Shown: positions 51,401 through 62,520 of the stretch, in pieces
Layout: each line of letters starts with the position of its first letter
Position numbering within the stretch: the first letter of the stretch is position 1
Assembly (NCBI GenBank): GCA_905178155.1
Contig: CAJINV010000005.1
Location: forward strand, 612,564-676,563
Reading direction: 5' to 3'
From: Amoebophrya sp. A120
Taxonomy: Eukaryota; Protista; Dinoflagellata
Length of the DNA: 64,000 nucleotides
Translations under genes and position numbers: made by a program
Notes under the pieces: model-generated
Seen by the model: the letters and a program-made list of their open reading frames with translations, nothing else
Database searches by the model: none
Told to the model about the DNA's origin: nothing

Positions 51401-51603
51401 TGATTGGCGAAAGACGAACAGAAGATCGATAAAACCTGGTGCAGGAATAAAAGTTAGAAACTCTTTCTCATAAAATTGCGAATCAAAGTTAATAGATACG
51501 GTAGGTGGAGCGACATCATCTTCGAGCACGACTGAAAATGTTTCTTCCGAACAGGAGAATATATTCCTGTTGCAATTATCCGGCGTAGAAGATCGTCCCT
51601 CTG

Positions 51604-52717
51604 CTAACACCTTGGCTGGTCAGTGCAAGCCCTGCAAAACCGCGCATCGTCGCGATCGCGGTAGAGATTCTGAAGCACATGCCCGTGGCACGGATGCGGA
51701 TGGCACCTGGTAGAAGTTTAAATAAGAATTCATGCATGACCATATTTTTGCACTTCACTTGGTTGCACAAACACAATCATTCCATGCATGAAAACGAGCT
51801 TTCCTGATGCAGTTTTCGGACACTGAAACGCCATAGCTCAGTACCAGCAGCCCAGAATTTTTCCGCGAAGGTCTCCTAAATGAACCAAGACTTCTGGATG
51901 GTCGTTCACCAGGTACTCGCGGTACTTCCGGACCACTGTTTCACCTGTTTTCATTTTCATAGTTTTTCTTGCAAATACAAAGTCTGCATCAAAACCAAAA
52001 GAAAAGTAGCGTAGCTTCAGTTGAAACACATTTAAGCTGCTTCGGAAGCTCTTGGCGTGTCCAGAAGGTCGTGTCATCGCAAACAAATCTCGATCAGCAA
52101 GTAGTTGGAGGTCGACAAGCCGTGAAGGAGGACCGAGATGAAAAGCTGCTGTGCTATTTGAATCGACATGTTGAAAACCAGCAGCAGGGGCAAAAGAAAT
52201 TGTCTGGTGAAAATTAAATACGGCTGTCCCCGTGGTCCCCAATGCGGAAGGGGTTTCCCCAAATGGAGGGTCGGCCGATGTAAACGTGGCGCTCGGGATC
52301 CTGGGCAACCCAGAGTTTAATCTTCTTCGAGTTGCTTAGCGGGTACTGCCCGGTGGGAATGGCATCGTGCAAATTGATCACCACCGGCGCCTCCGGATCG
52401 ATTTCCCCCGGGTTGCGCTTCTTTTTCGGGCGGATCATGCCACAGACCCAGTTTTCCCCAAACGCGTGGACCCGGTCGACCCAGGTGGTGCCGGGCGCGC
52501 CTGAAACAAAGTGTGTTTTTCATCCGATCAATTTGCGCAGAAGTTATTTAATTTCCGGTTCGAATAGTAAAAATTTCTACGATACTGTGGTATATAATTC
52601 ATCAAGAGGTTCACTGTCCAACGTCCTCGGCAGTTAGAAGCTAGTGTAGTTCCCAAAAAAAATATAGCAAAAAATACCAGGATGAAAAAGGCCGTAGATG
52701 TCGTTGATGATGGACAT
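51604..52717 (-). CDS. DUF4326-family protein; 3 GT-AG introns
   Basis: Spliced (introns 52501-52677, 51945-52221, 51707-51844): MSIINDIYGLFHPG...HVYIGRPSIWGNPFRIGDHGDSRETVVRKYREYL...LRGKILGCWCHPHPCHGHVL, the DUF4326 signature. Confidence 0.85.
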
Positions 52718-54513
52718 CCTACAATTGTGGTTCGACGGAGAAAATTGAGTGGTTGCTTGCAGCCGTACTCGACCCAAAGCACTCGTCGAGGCACTTATTT
52801 AAGCACGCGACCCCTTACTCTCGGCAGCGAACCGTTGCACACCAGAATTACCGGCTCTGGTCTCGTCTGCTTGCGGCCCCAAGAAGCGGCAGCAGCAGGA
52901 GCAGGAAGCTCTAACTATCGAAAAGAGCGCCTTAGGCTCTTCGATCTAATTCTTGCTTGTGGTCGTTCGTTTTCTGTATAAATTTTTAGCGGTTTTGTTC
53001 TTCGTGTCGTTCGTCTTTGTGGGTGGAATTTGTTTTCATCAGATGGATCCACACTTCCTTGTAGCTTGTTCTCCCACGCTTTAATAGTTCTCCGGTGCCG
53101 TGCGACTCCGAAGCAGGACAGGAGGGCAGCTGCGATCAGGTTTGTGCTTTTAACGTTGTGTTTTCGCAACACAAACTCAAAGCCCGGAAGAAATCGAGAT
53201 AATTCCAACCGGGTGCACGCACCAGGCAGTCGGGAATGAGTAAAATTGCTGAGGGACCAGGAAAGAAAAGCTCCGTGTCTAAAAACTCGGACAATTCGAC
53301 GCCAGCGCAGATGTTCGTAGTGCCTTCTTCTTCGTTCCAAATGTTGAGATAGGGAATTTGGAGACAACGATGAAGTCGTTCAGTGCTTTTGTCTCGAAAA
53401 GTTGGGTGTTGGTGAGAACGGTGAACTTTCAGATATTGGGCGTAATCTTCAAAAAACGCCTGCTAGTAGTAGACCTCCTATTCCACGAAATAGCCTATTC
53501 ACCTACACTTTTTCTTCTCAACGGAGAATATCGACGGCGCAAATAAATCTATCAACTAGGAAATAAAACTGATTTTCTACTTGGTAGCTATACTGATATC
53601 ACCTACGCAGCCATTAAGCAGCGCGCGCAAGATGAAAAGTTGAAATTTCTATGTATCCCTTCTAAAGTGAAGTGCTGCTGGTGCCTTAGATCATGCGATA
53701 GTGGGCATACGAACCAAAATCATCTACCCGCTCGCGCAGTACTAGATATAGGCTGTATTCTTCCCGTATCGCCTTAGAAAAATTTGCGAAAATTGCCTTG
53801 AGCTTCTTTCTTGATAGGCTTGAAAAAGGCGTTCGTGAAATAGTGTGTGAGTTCTAAAAAAAAAGACCAACTTTTTAGGTTCAAGGCAAAATGATGATTG
53901 GCGCCGTATAGTGCATCGTCGAGAAGATGATGGCAACGGTTATTCTCTTTCCCTGCTCGTCCCTGATATCAGTGCAAACACAAGAGAAAAATCTCAAAGA
54001 AAGGCATGAAAGCAGAAGATTCTATCTTTAAATCACATGTGGCATAGCGTGATGCGTAGAAAATGAAATGGTGGTCGCATTGAAAAATGTACCCCGTTCT
54101 CCATGGCTAAAAGAACTTATGCAATCAACGGGGATCCTCGCCGTCAGCTTCAGAGATCGACACTACACGCAAAAGAATCGCAAACCTAATAGATCCGCCA
54201 TAGCATCATGCTTGCTGATGCTGCTTGTGGTCACGGTCACCCTGCATGAGGGACATCCACAGTTTGTCCTTGTACTTGTCTACCCCTAAAAATACGTTTC
54301 TCAGATCCATCTGTTGTTATGTACTTCGAGCCAGATCTAAACGCGAGATCAGCCACTTGCTCTTGTCGTTGTCAATCGGATCTTGTTGCAGGGATTATAA
54401 CTCAATGTGCCTACTTCTGTCCAGTTCTAAGTAGAACAATATGTTGGCACCAGGATTACACACGACAGGAGACACACGTCGTGACATAACTAAATACAAG
54501 CAGGTGCAGGTCT

Positions 54514-57282
54514 TTATTGCGCAGTTGCTATCGCGTAGCGGTAGTTGACATTATTCGAACTATCACGCACCTCTAGAAGCTGTACCCCGTCGATATCCAT
54601 ATCACTAGGACACCGATCCTCAGTTTTTTTGTGCTCTGTCCTCATCATATGCGTAGCTTCGCTTTCCTTTTTGTAGTAGTTGCATGAAGGTTCTTTTAGT
54701 ACGTGCGCACCAGTAGGACAAGGACTTCTAGCAGTTGCATGCGCGAATCCGATTTCTTTTCGCAGTGTAGGTCCTCCAACATGCTGGAGGAGATCTTCTG
54801 TTCTGGAAGAACGAGGTTCATCATTCGACACATCAGTGTAAGCTGCGGAGTGGTTCCTGCTCTTTTTCGTTGCAGCACCGACATGCAGCAGTTGCAAAAA
54901 CCGGTCGGCAACTGGACGTGCGAGCTTTTTATCCCATGAAAAAAGCGTTACAGTTACGCATTTGTTGGAGTTTCTGCATCACACATTTTCTCTGTGTGTC
55001 AGAGAAAACTTGTAATGCAAAGTAGATCCTAAGGGAAAATACGTAGGAAACGAGGCTCGCAAGCATTTCCTGCGTGACAAAGGTTGTCTGTCTTGCGGCT
55101 CCTGCAACACAATGTGTGACTGTAACATTTTTTTCTTGCGATACTTTTCTTTGTGAGCCCAGTCGGCTTCGAACTTCTGCCTGAGCTCGTTTTCCTCCCT
55201 CTCCTCTTCCAACAACATATCCTGTGCAAAAATGTCTGGGTCTGGAAACTTGTGATGCAAGTCTGTGAACCGTGGGCGCACTACAATATGCAGCCAAGCA
55301 TGACAAGTTTTTGCACGTGCCATGTGCTTCGTTTTCCGCATGGCAAACTGCGTTTTTGCATGACAGGCAGGAGGCCCCGCTCCTGCTGCTTACGCATCAC
55401 AGATCCAAGAGTCATGCCAGACAAGCATGACAAGTCCTGCATTCTTCCAGACCCAGATACTTTTGCAATGCATACAGCACGAATTTCAGCAATTCCCGGA
55501 CCGTGTTTCGCCTTTGCGCGGTCCTAAACTGCGCCATCGCGAGCTCTTCCCGGCTTCTTTTCTCCTTTCTTTTCCCCACAGAACTCCTCCAGCACCGAAC
55601 GGTTTTGCCCATCGAGTTCAGATATGGATTGCAAATATGTCTCAGTCTGGAAACTTGTAATGCTCAAAGTGGATGATAGACGCACTGCAATACGCGGCAA
55701 CCATGCATGACAAATTTTTTGGCTGCCATGTCTTACGTATTCCGCATGGCATGGCAAACTGCGTTTTTGCATGACAGGTAGGAGGGCTTTTTCCTCCATA
55801 TGCAACACAGATTCTCGAGTCATGCCAGACAAGCATGACAAACCTGCATTCTTTTTCTTGCAGACCCAGACATTTTTGCATTTGATATCAGATACCAGAA
55901 CGTCAACGCTGTCCTCAGGTGTTCCGCGTTCTGCTTCTCGGTTATGGTTTGCTTCCGCCAGCACTTTAAAATAAATTCCCCGAGAAACTTCTTCCGGAAG
56001 AACTTCCTGGCCGTGTCGTTCTGGATCTTTGTTTCCGGTCTGGCATGCAGCACCGTGTAATCTCGTTGCCAGCGGAGGAAAAACGGGCGGAGGATGAAGT
56101 CCAGTTCGTGCTGGTCCAAAGACGCTTCAAACTGCTTCCTGCGCGTCACGCGATGTCTCCAGAGAAAGAAGCTCCGCTTTTGCAGACCAGGGAAGCGAGT
56201 GTTCCTCGTAAAAGCGTTTAGCTTCAATTCCGTGCTGGTCCGCCAGTCGCGCTTTTTCCTCGCCGCGGCAAACCAGATGGGCACGGTGCGCTGTTTTTTT
56301 CGAAGAGACACGGACTCCGCTAACTGGTCCGTAAGCTCGCGAAGCTGCTGGCGGCGAAGGACGCGAAGCTTCAGGAGAAACAGTACCTGTGTGAAGAGAA
56401 GAAGTACTTACAACTTCCGCTACAGAGGTGGTGGAGTTTACTTTTTAATACCCCGTGCTTGATGTAGATTGGAAATGTAAATGATTTCCTCCGACAAGGA
56501 CAAGCATCTTCGAGTAATATTCAAAAGTTGTTTTCTCCTAACTGTACCTTGCACAACAACTTGCGCACATACTGTCGCCTGGGCCGCACCCACCGCAGGT
56601 AAATGCGATCTCGTGCACTGTGCCACGCCTGCCAGGACCGCTGCAGTAAGTTGCGCAGGGCCCGCAGCTCCAGAATTTTCTCCTGCTCGTTCCTCGTTGT
56701 TTGACTGCTCCTCACGGCGGCTCTCCAGCAATCGCGGAACACGAAGCGCAGCTTCGCTCTCTGCGCAAACTGGTACGCTTTGATTTTCAAAACAGAAATC
56801 GCCGCCTCGCGCTGCTGGAATGCGTACCAGCTCCTCACCGCGTTCAAAACTTTGCGGTGCTCGCGGAACCGGCAGGCGAGGGTGAACGATTTCCAACTAC
56901 GGAACTCCTCCTGCAGCACCCGCGCGCGGTGCAGCCCCTTCAACACGCAGCTGGCTTCAAACAGCTTCCGTTTCTGGATCGCGTATTGCTTCAACCCGGT
57001 GAGGAAGCACGACCGGAGAAACTCCTTCAGCTGCCCCTTCTCCCTCTTCCGTCGAAGCGCGGTGAAGGCGCGCAGGTTTTTCTGCTGCGAAGCGTTTTTC
57101 CGCCAGCGGTGGAAGGTTTGGGCCTGCTGCTTTCGCTCGAACGTTCTCGCGACATTCTTCTCGGACGTTTCCAACTTGGCCTCCCGCTTCACGCGGTTCG
57201 ACCACGCGCGAATCACGCGGAGAAGTAGAAAAGACGACCATACGCCGTCGACCGCGAAAAGGAACAGATCCTGGCCCAGCAT
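54514..57282 (-). CDS. Sfi1-like Trp-periodic basic helical-repeat protein; 3 introners plus a GT-AG intron (ends uncertain)
   Basis: Repeated LxxxFxxW-type units (FHRWRK, FRSWKS, VRSWYA, FLWRHR, FLRWQR); frames join after removing the elements at 55623, 55218 and 54930 and the intron ~56387-56547. Similar sequence at 52915-53367 may be further exons. Confidence 0.65.
54930..55143. mobile_element. Introner family J (214 bp), TSD CTTTT
   Basis: TATCCCATGAAAAAAGCGTTACAGTTACGCATT...AATGTGTGACTGTAACATTTTTTTCTTGCGATA; the join gives HKEK|LARPVADRFLQLL. Confidence 0.88.
55218..55474. mobile_element. Introner with F-type ends (257 bp), TSD CAACA/CAGCA
   Basis: TATCCTGTGCAAAAATGTCTGGGTCTGGAA...TTCCAGACCCAGATACTTTTGCAATGCATA. 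Confidence 0.9.
55623..55887. mobile_element. Introner with F-type ends (265 bp), TSD TCAGA
   Basis: Interior similar to 55218-55474; the join gives FWYL|NSMGKT. Confidence 0.9.
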
Positions 57283-58949
57283 GATTCAAGTTCTGATCTT
57301 CACATTATATAATTGCAGATCCAGATGGGGATTGATATCATAAAAAATGCTACTGGCGCTGCTTATAGGTTTCTCTTTTTACTACGTGGTTTACATTCTT
57401 TGTTTATTAACTCGGAAAACCAAACTCTAAGCCACAAAGTGCATGATTTATTATTTATTTAGATTCGCTTCAAAGAAGCGCGCTAGCCAACCGGCAAAGC
57501 CGATTATGGCAGCGAGTGTCCAGGTCTCACGTGCGTTCACCTTCAGCGGGTCCTCTGTGTAACTTCTTCACCGGGTTCTCTCAAAGTAGTACTAAAAAAC
57601 TATGGGTAAACTCTAAGTAAAGTTTTCTAAAACTCCTCGTACGCTGCAAGAAAAATTTCTTTTTGTTCTGTGAATATCGCTCTGTGCAATCTAAAACTTT
57701 TTTTCTCCAGGATCCTGAGCTATGGCCGACCTTGTTGTGCAAGATCCTATTTGAAAAGTGCTTGACTAAAAAAGCGACAATACTGCAGTTTGGGCGCTTT
57801 GGTAGTGTGAAAACCCCTATTTCGACTACTTATCCTATAACCTTGAATTAGCAACTAAATAGAAAGAGAAAAAAAACTAAAAAAGGGCAAGCTTGCATTT
57901 AGTTTGACCTTTCATCTAGACACAGCATTAGCATGTTACTTGTGCGTGAAGGAGACAAAGGCTGCTAGTCCAACTATTTGATCTAAACTCTGACCGCCGC
58001 CTCATCCGGAGCCCCCGGTTTATCTTCCGTCTCCGGTTGTTCGAACTTACTTGTGGTCCGGTGGTAATCCACGCGTTCTCCTGTTGACTTTGCCGTGACA
58101 GTTTCTGCGCCGTGGGTACCTGGGCGAGCCATACGAACACCGCGCACGTGAGCCTGTTGCACAAACTCGTCTATCCTCATAAGCTGACCGATGAAGACTA
58201 GCCTCGGGGCTTCCGGCACAGAGTATAGGAAATGAAAAAAAATCCGCTCCCTTGGGGAACCATAAGCGAAACACTATCTTTTTTCTTCTATGCACGATTA
58301 CCTTCTTATTTTGAAACAGAAAAGTCTTAAACCCCCTGAACATATAACACCGTCGTTCAAACTCAAATCCTTACTACATAAACGTCGCTCATCTGCATCT
58401 TGTTGCTTTGACTCCTGTGGATCATATCTACTTTCTCACTATTTGTTTCGCTTAGTCTCCGACTAGGAGAGCGGGCAGTTCACTTGTCATCGTTTCCGCC
58501 CCAAAAGAGATGGCATGTGAGCTGTGATTCTGCTGTGGGGCAATGCCAGCGGCGATATCTAAGCCATCTTTCCGGCGAATAGAAAACTGTCGACAACTTT
58601 GCAGCGACTCCGAGACAACTCGTAGCGTTTTGATCCATCCTCGTGTGGGCCGGGACAAAAGCGTTGGCAAAGACTACGCTCATGCACGATAAGAAGTCGT
58701 CTTGGTTCCGCACGATTACTTTGGTACGGCTTTGCTTTTCTGAAAATTGTATCCACGCTCATGCCTTTTCCCCAATAAGGATTTTGTCCATGTTCATCCC
58801 ATCCTTGACCGCCGCTGGAACAACACACAAATGCGAACGATGGCTGGCAGGCAAACTGCGAGCGATGAGACGGCCGTGGCATCCGGTAGCCATTCCAAAA
58901 TGTAGACGCTGCATGCAAGTAGGAATCGGTCGCGCACCTGCGCGGCCGC

Positions 58950-60400
58950 TTGGGCCCTCACAGTAACCCTGACAGCGGCACAGCAACCGCGCCCAGTCCA
59001 TGAGGCAACCCGGCCGCCTTCAAACAAGGCTCGGGCCGAACCGAAAAACCACCAATGGATGCCATTGCCGGGGGGCCAACACACATCAACATCACACACC
59101 ACCCGGGCCGCCTCGCTTCCATATCACAACCTCGGCCGCGCCCGGAGACGCAGGCTGGTGCGCCCACGCGCCAGGGAATGCGCGGCGGGGCGGGGGGGCC
59201 TGCCTTGTGGCTGGCTGTGCCGCCTGCGTGCCAAGTGGGGCAAAGGGCACAGCCTGAAGACTAAGGGCCCCGGCTGGGAGAAAAAAACCGGGCCGCCAGG
59301 GGGCGCGGCGCCGTGGCGCCCAAGATTTTGCGCGCCCATGCGGAGGGACAGGACTGACTCGGTCGCGGCGCGGCGCAATGCGCGGGCCCGGCTCCGTCTA
59401 CGTCCATCGGAACCGTGCTGCAGAGCTGTGTCCTTCGCGTCCGTCCGGCCCTTTCGCTGTTGTCCGGAAGCCGGCCCCGCGGCTCGACATTGGCGTCGCG
59501 TTTTTCCTTGGGCGGCGCTGGTCACTGCCAGACTGGTTGGCACAACCATGGCGCCCCTCAACACCAAGGGCGATGGAGCCTCCTGCTTCTGCCCGTTGGA
59601 CTTCCGGAAACAAACTTCCGCGAAAGCGGCGCGGCTCCAGATGGATTGCAGACGGCTCAGCAGGGGAGCGCGCCCTGGGGTCCCACTGCTGCCACCAAAT
59701 ATCTTCCTCAGCATGGGACGAGACCGCAGCACGGTCCGGAAGCCGAAAAATGCATCATCATCGGAAGCATTCCCATTTCCGCACACGCGGGCGAGCAGCA
59801 AGGCGCGACGCTTCAGATCGCAGCAAGGAAGCTTCAATATGTTTGGCCCTCCTCGCCCTTGACGCCGCGGGGGCCTCAGGACTCGGAGCCCCGCCAGTTA
59901 TGCCACCGCGGCCGCCGGATGGCAGCCCGCGGGGCAGGCGGCAGGACCTGGCAGGAACTGCAGGCCGGCGCCTTGCTTGGGCGCCAGCGCCGGCATGGAT
60001 GTGGCTGCGGGGGGCGAGGCCCCCCGAATCCGGGCCGCACACTTCCCCACCGCGCCCCAATGAACCCGCGGCCCGCCTCGCAACGCGGCGCGGGTGCTGC
60101 GCCAGTCACTGGCGCGCGCGCTGCCATACGCTTCGAACAACCGCCAAGCAAGGACGCGGCTGCGGGCGCGCGCGATTTGCATCCAGAGAACGCCGGAAAT
60201 ACACGGGGCCACCCGCGCCCGAAGCTGTTGCCGCCGTACTGCGTCGCCAACGGGGGCAACCCCCCCCCCCGTCGCGCACGCTGCCGGCCGCAGCAAGTGC
60301 GGCAGCCTTGCGCCCGGCACCCCCTCAGGCTCTGCATCAATGTCGCGCCATGGGAGCGCAGTGCCGAATCCCAGACCCTTCGCGGCCATAAGGGGCGCAA
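58950..60400. other. GC-rich island with no coherent ORF (decayed gene or mobile element?)
   Basis: For example 59161-59220 is 48/60 G+C; long G/C runs; overlapping Arg/Pro/Gly/Ala-rich ORFs in several frames; AT-rich flanks. Confidence 0.5.
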
Positions 60401-60698
60401 CGATTTCAGTCTCGTCGCTTTCCATGCGCGTCAGTGTAATTGTAGCGCCCTCCTGACGGTCTTCATGGAACACAAGAAAAGCATCGGGGGTCTTTTCACT
60501 TCAGAATCAAGATCAGGTCCAATTGGGAAGAATCCATAGAGCCTTGATTTTTCTTTGTGTGCTCGACTTTAAACCGCGTGTAATTCTCTTTACACTAAAC
60601 AATTTAGAAGATGAATTTCCCGGTGGTAAGGTAATATTACTCCGACGACACTTATATAATTTGTTCGAACCTTGTCCTTGCAGATTCATCTCCCCGCA

Positions 60699-61904
60699 TC
60701 ATTTCCCACCCATCTCCCTTCGCTTCTCCCACGGGGGGTCCTCCCAATTGGCCGCGGCTTTCGTGCTGGGGTCGAAGACGCTGCTTGTTACCAAACAGAT
60801 CTCGTAGTTGTCCGGATCGAGCACGATGGCGATCTCAAGTTTCCCCAGCGGCTCGTCTAGTATCTGCATTTCGTGCAAAACTTTATCCGTCGCAAACTTC
60901 TTGTAGTACCCAGCGACGTCCCCACAGGAAATGGCGAGTCTACCAGAATGCGCGCTGGGTTTGATGGCTGTAATGAATTGATTTTGAACAGGCATATGGA
61001 AAAATCTGATATCTTCTCCTTCTCGACTGATATATTACAATTACTCACGATCGGTAGATAAACATAGCTACGATGCTTCGTCGTGCAAGCATATGTAGTA
61101 CCTGGCGCATCTGCTGCCTTCTGCTCCAGCACTAGGTAGGTCGTGTTTCCTCTTGATGACGCCGAGGTTCCTGTTCCTTCCAGTGTCGCGTACTTCAGCA
61201 CTACTTTATTCGCTGCGCCTTCCGCGGCTTCCTCGACAGGTTCCATATCCAGTACCTCCGTGTAAAACTTCTTCGAGGCTTCCAAGTCGTTCACGACAAT
61301 GGTCACTCCGACAAACGGCTCTTCGGATTTATGTGATGTTCCCTCCGCCGTGTCTTGTATCGGCACGTACGGGTAGTTATCGGGCCCGAGAATCGTTCGG
61401 GCTCCGTCGTCCTGCGGCGGCCCCTCGGCGTACCCAAGTTTCGTGGCCGTTTCTATTACTGTTTTTGGGTCGGAGGGTGTGGTAATTGAAATAGCTCTGA
61501 TGCCATTGTCGACGTCGTATTTTCTAACGCCGTAATTGTACGTGAGCTCAAGGCAATACCTGCGCAGAAAAGTTTTTGTTTTTTCAGGCTGTTTTTATAC
61601 ATCGTTCTGAATTTCGTAGTCATGCAAGTGTAAACAACTCAAAGAGAAAGAACTTCTAGTCGTAGTCCAAGCAAGAATGATACCATTTGTCCTCAGTGTG
61701 CCCTTGGTATCCCATCATCGTTTTTGACCAGGGCCTGTCAAACCTTCCGTTGCAGGTGATTTTGCACGCCGCCGGGTTTTCCTCGTGTCGAATGGTTACC
61801 ATTCCAAAGACCGTTTTGAAAAATTCGACCGTTTTCTCGAGCTCCGTAACCCGCAGCACCCAGTGGGCCATGCGGTTTCGCGGGACAGCTGCCGAGGTCG
61901 CCAT
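60699..61904 (-). CDS. GLOD4: Glyoxalase domain-containing protein (GLOD4-like, VOC family); 2 GT-AG introns
   Basis: HWVLRV...RHEENPAACKITCNGRFDRPWSKTMMGY...YCLELTYNYGV...GRLAISC...LDPDNYEICLV; introns ~61560-61683 and 60968-61101. Confidence 0.9.
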
Positions 61905-62520
61905 GGTTTTTTATCTTCTGGTCCTCGTGGTTCTAGAGCATTCAATTTTCTAGTATCACGTTAGTGGGCGGGGGGAAAAAAATGTTGATACACTCCGTAA
62001 TCAAATTTTGAAACGATGTTGGGTACTGACACTGAGTAATGGTGATCTCAGCAGATCACTAGTAGCATTGGATCTGGAGCTTGCGGTGAGTAAAATGGGT
62101 CAACAGAAAACATACAGAAGAAAAAACACACTTTTCTAATTTTTTTATTTTTCTTTTTTCTGCAGCATTGGATGGGTGGCGTTGCGATTTCTACGAAATC
62201 TGTTTTGTGCTACCTACAACTACAAAACAATAACCATAGACGTTGAATTCCATGGTGCGAAGGTAATATCGTTTTCGTCGTTCCATTCATTCAGAACTTC
62301 ATTCTCATTCAGAGAACAATGAAATTCTCTTCCAAAAAACAAGTGGGATTACAGAGGAAAAAAGAGCACTCGAACGAAGTAAGATGAGGTGCGGCAGTCA
62401 TAACCATAAAGCAAGCAACTCGAACAGCCCCTTGAATGCCTAAAAGCTGATATTCGAGATTGCAAGAATGCAAAAAAGTAAATGCTGAATGCGATGTTTC
62501 TTTTGCATGAATTTCACTTT

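Noticed and set aside
48900-51600. Possible multi-exon minus-strand gene(s) and a small hairpin at ~49448-49469
   Set aside because: Some fragments look coding, but I could not build a consistent model; the hairpin is isolated and could be chance.
19969-55887. Recurrent short ORF peptides such as CKNVWVWK, PDPDIF and AKMSGSG as a protein repeat family
   Set aside because: They are translations of the family F TIR in different frames, not genes.
59059-60539. Long overlapping ORFs of 237-374 aa as a transposase or other gene
   Set aside because: Expected from stop-codon scarcity at very high GC; no DDE, RT or other motif seen.
60990-61106. GLOD4 second intron as a degenerate introner (CAGGC/CTGGC flanks)
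   Set aside because: No TAT...ATA termini, and an in-frame canonical GT-AG intron (60968-61101) explains the join.
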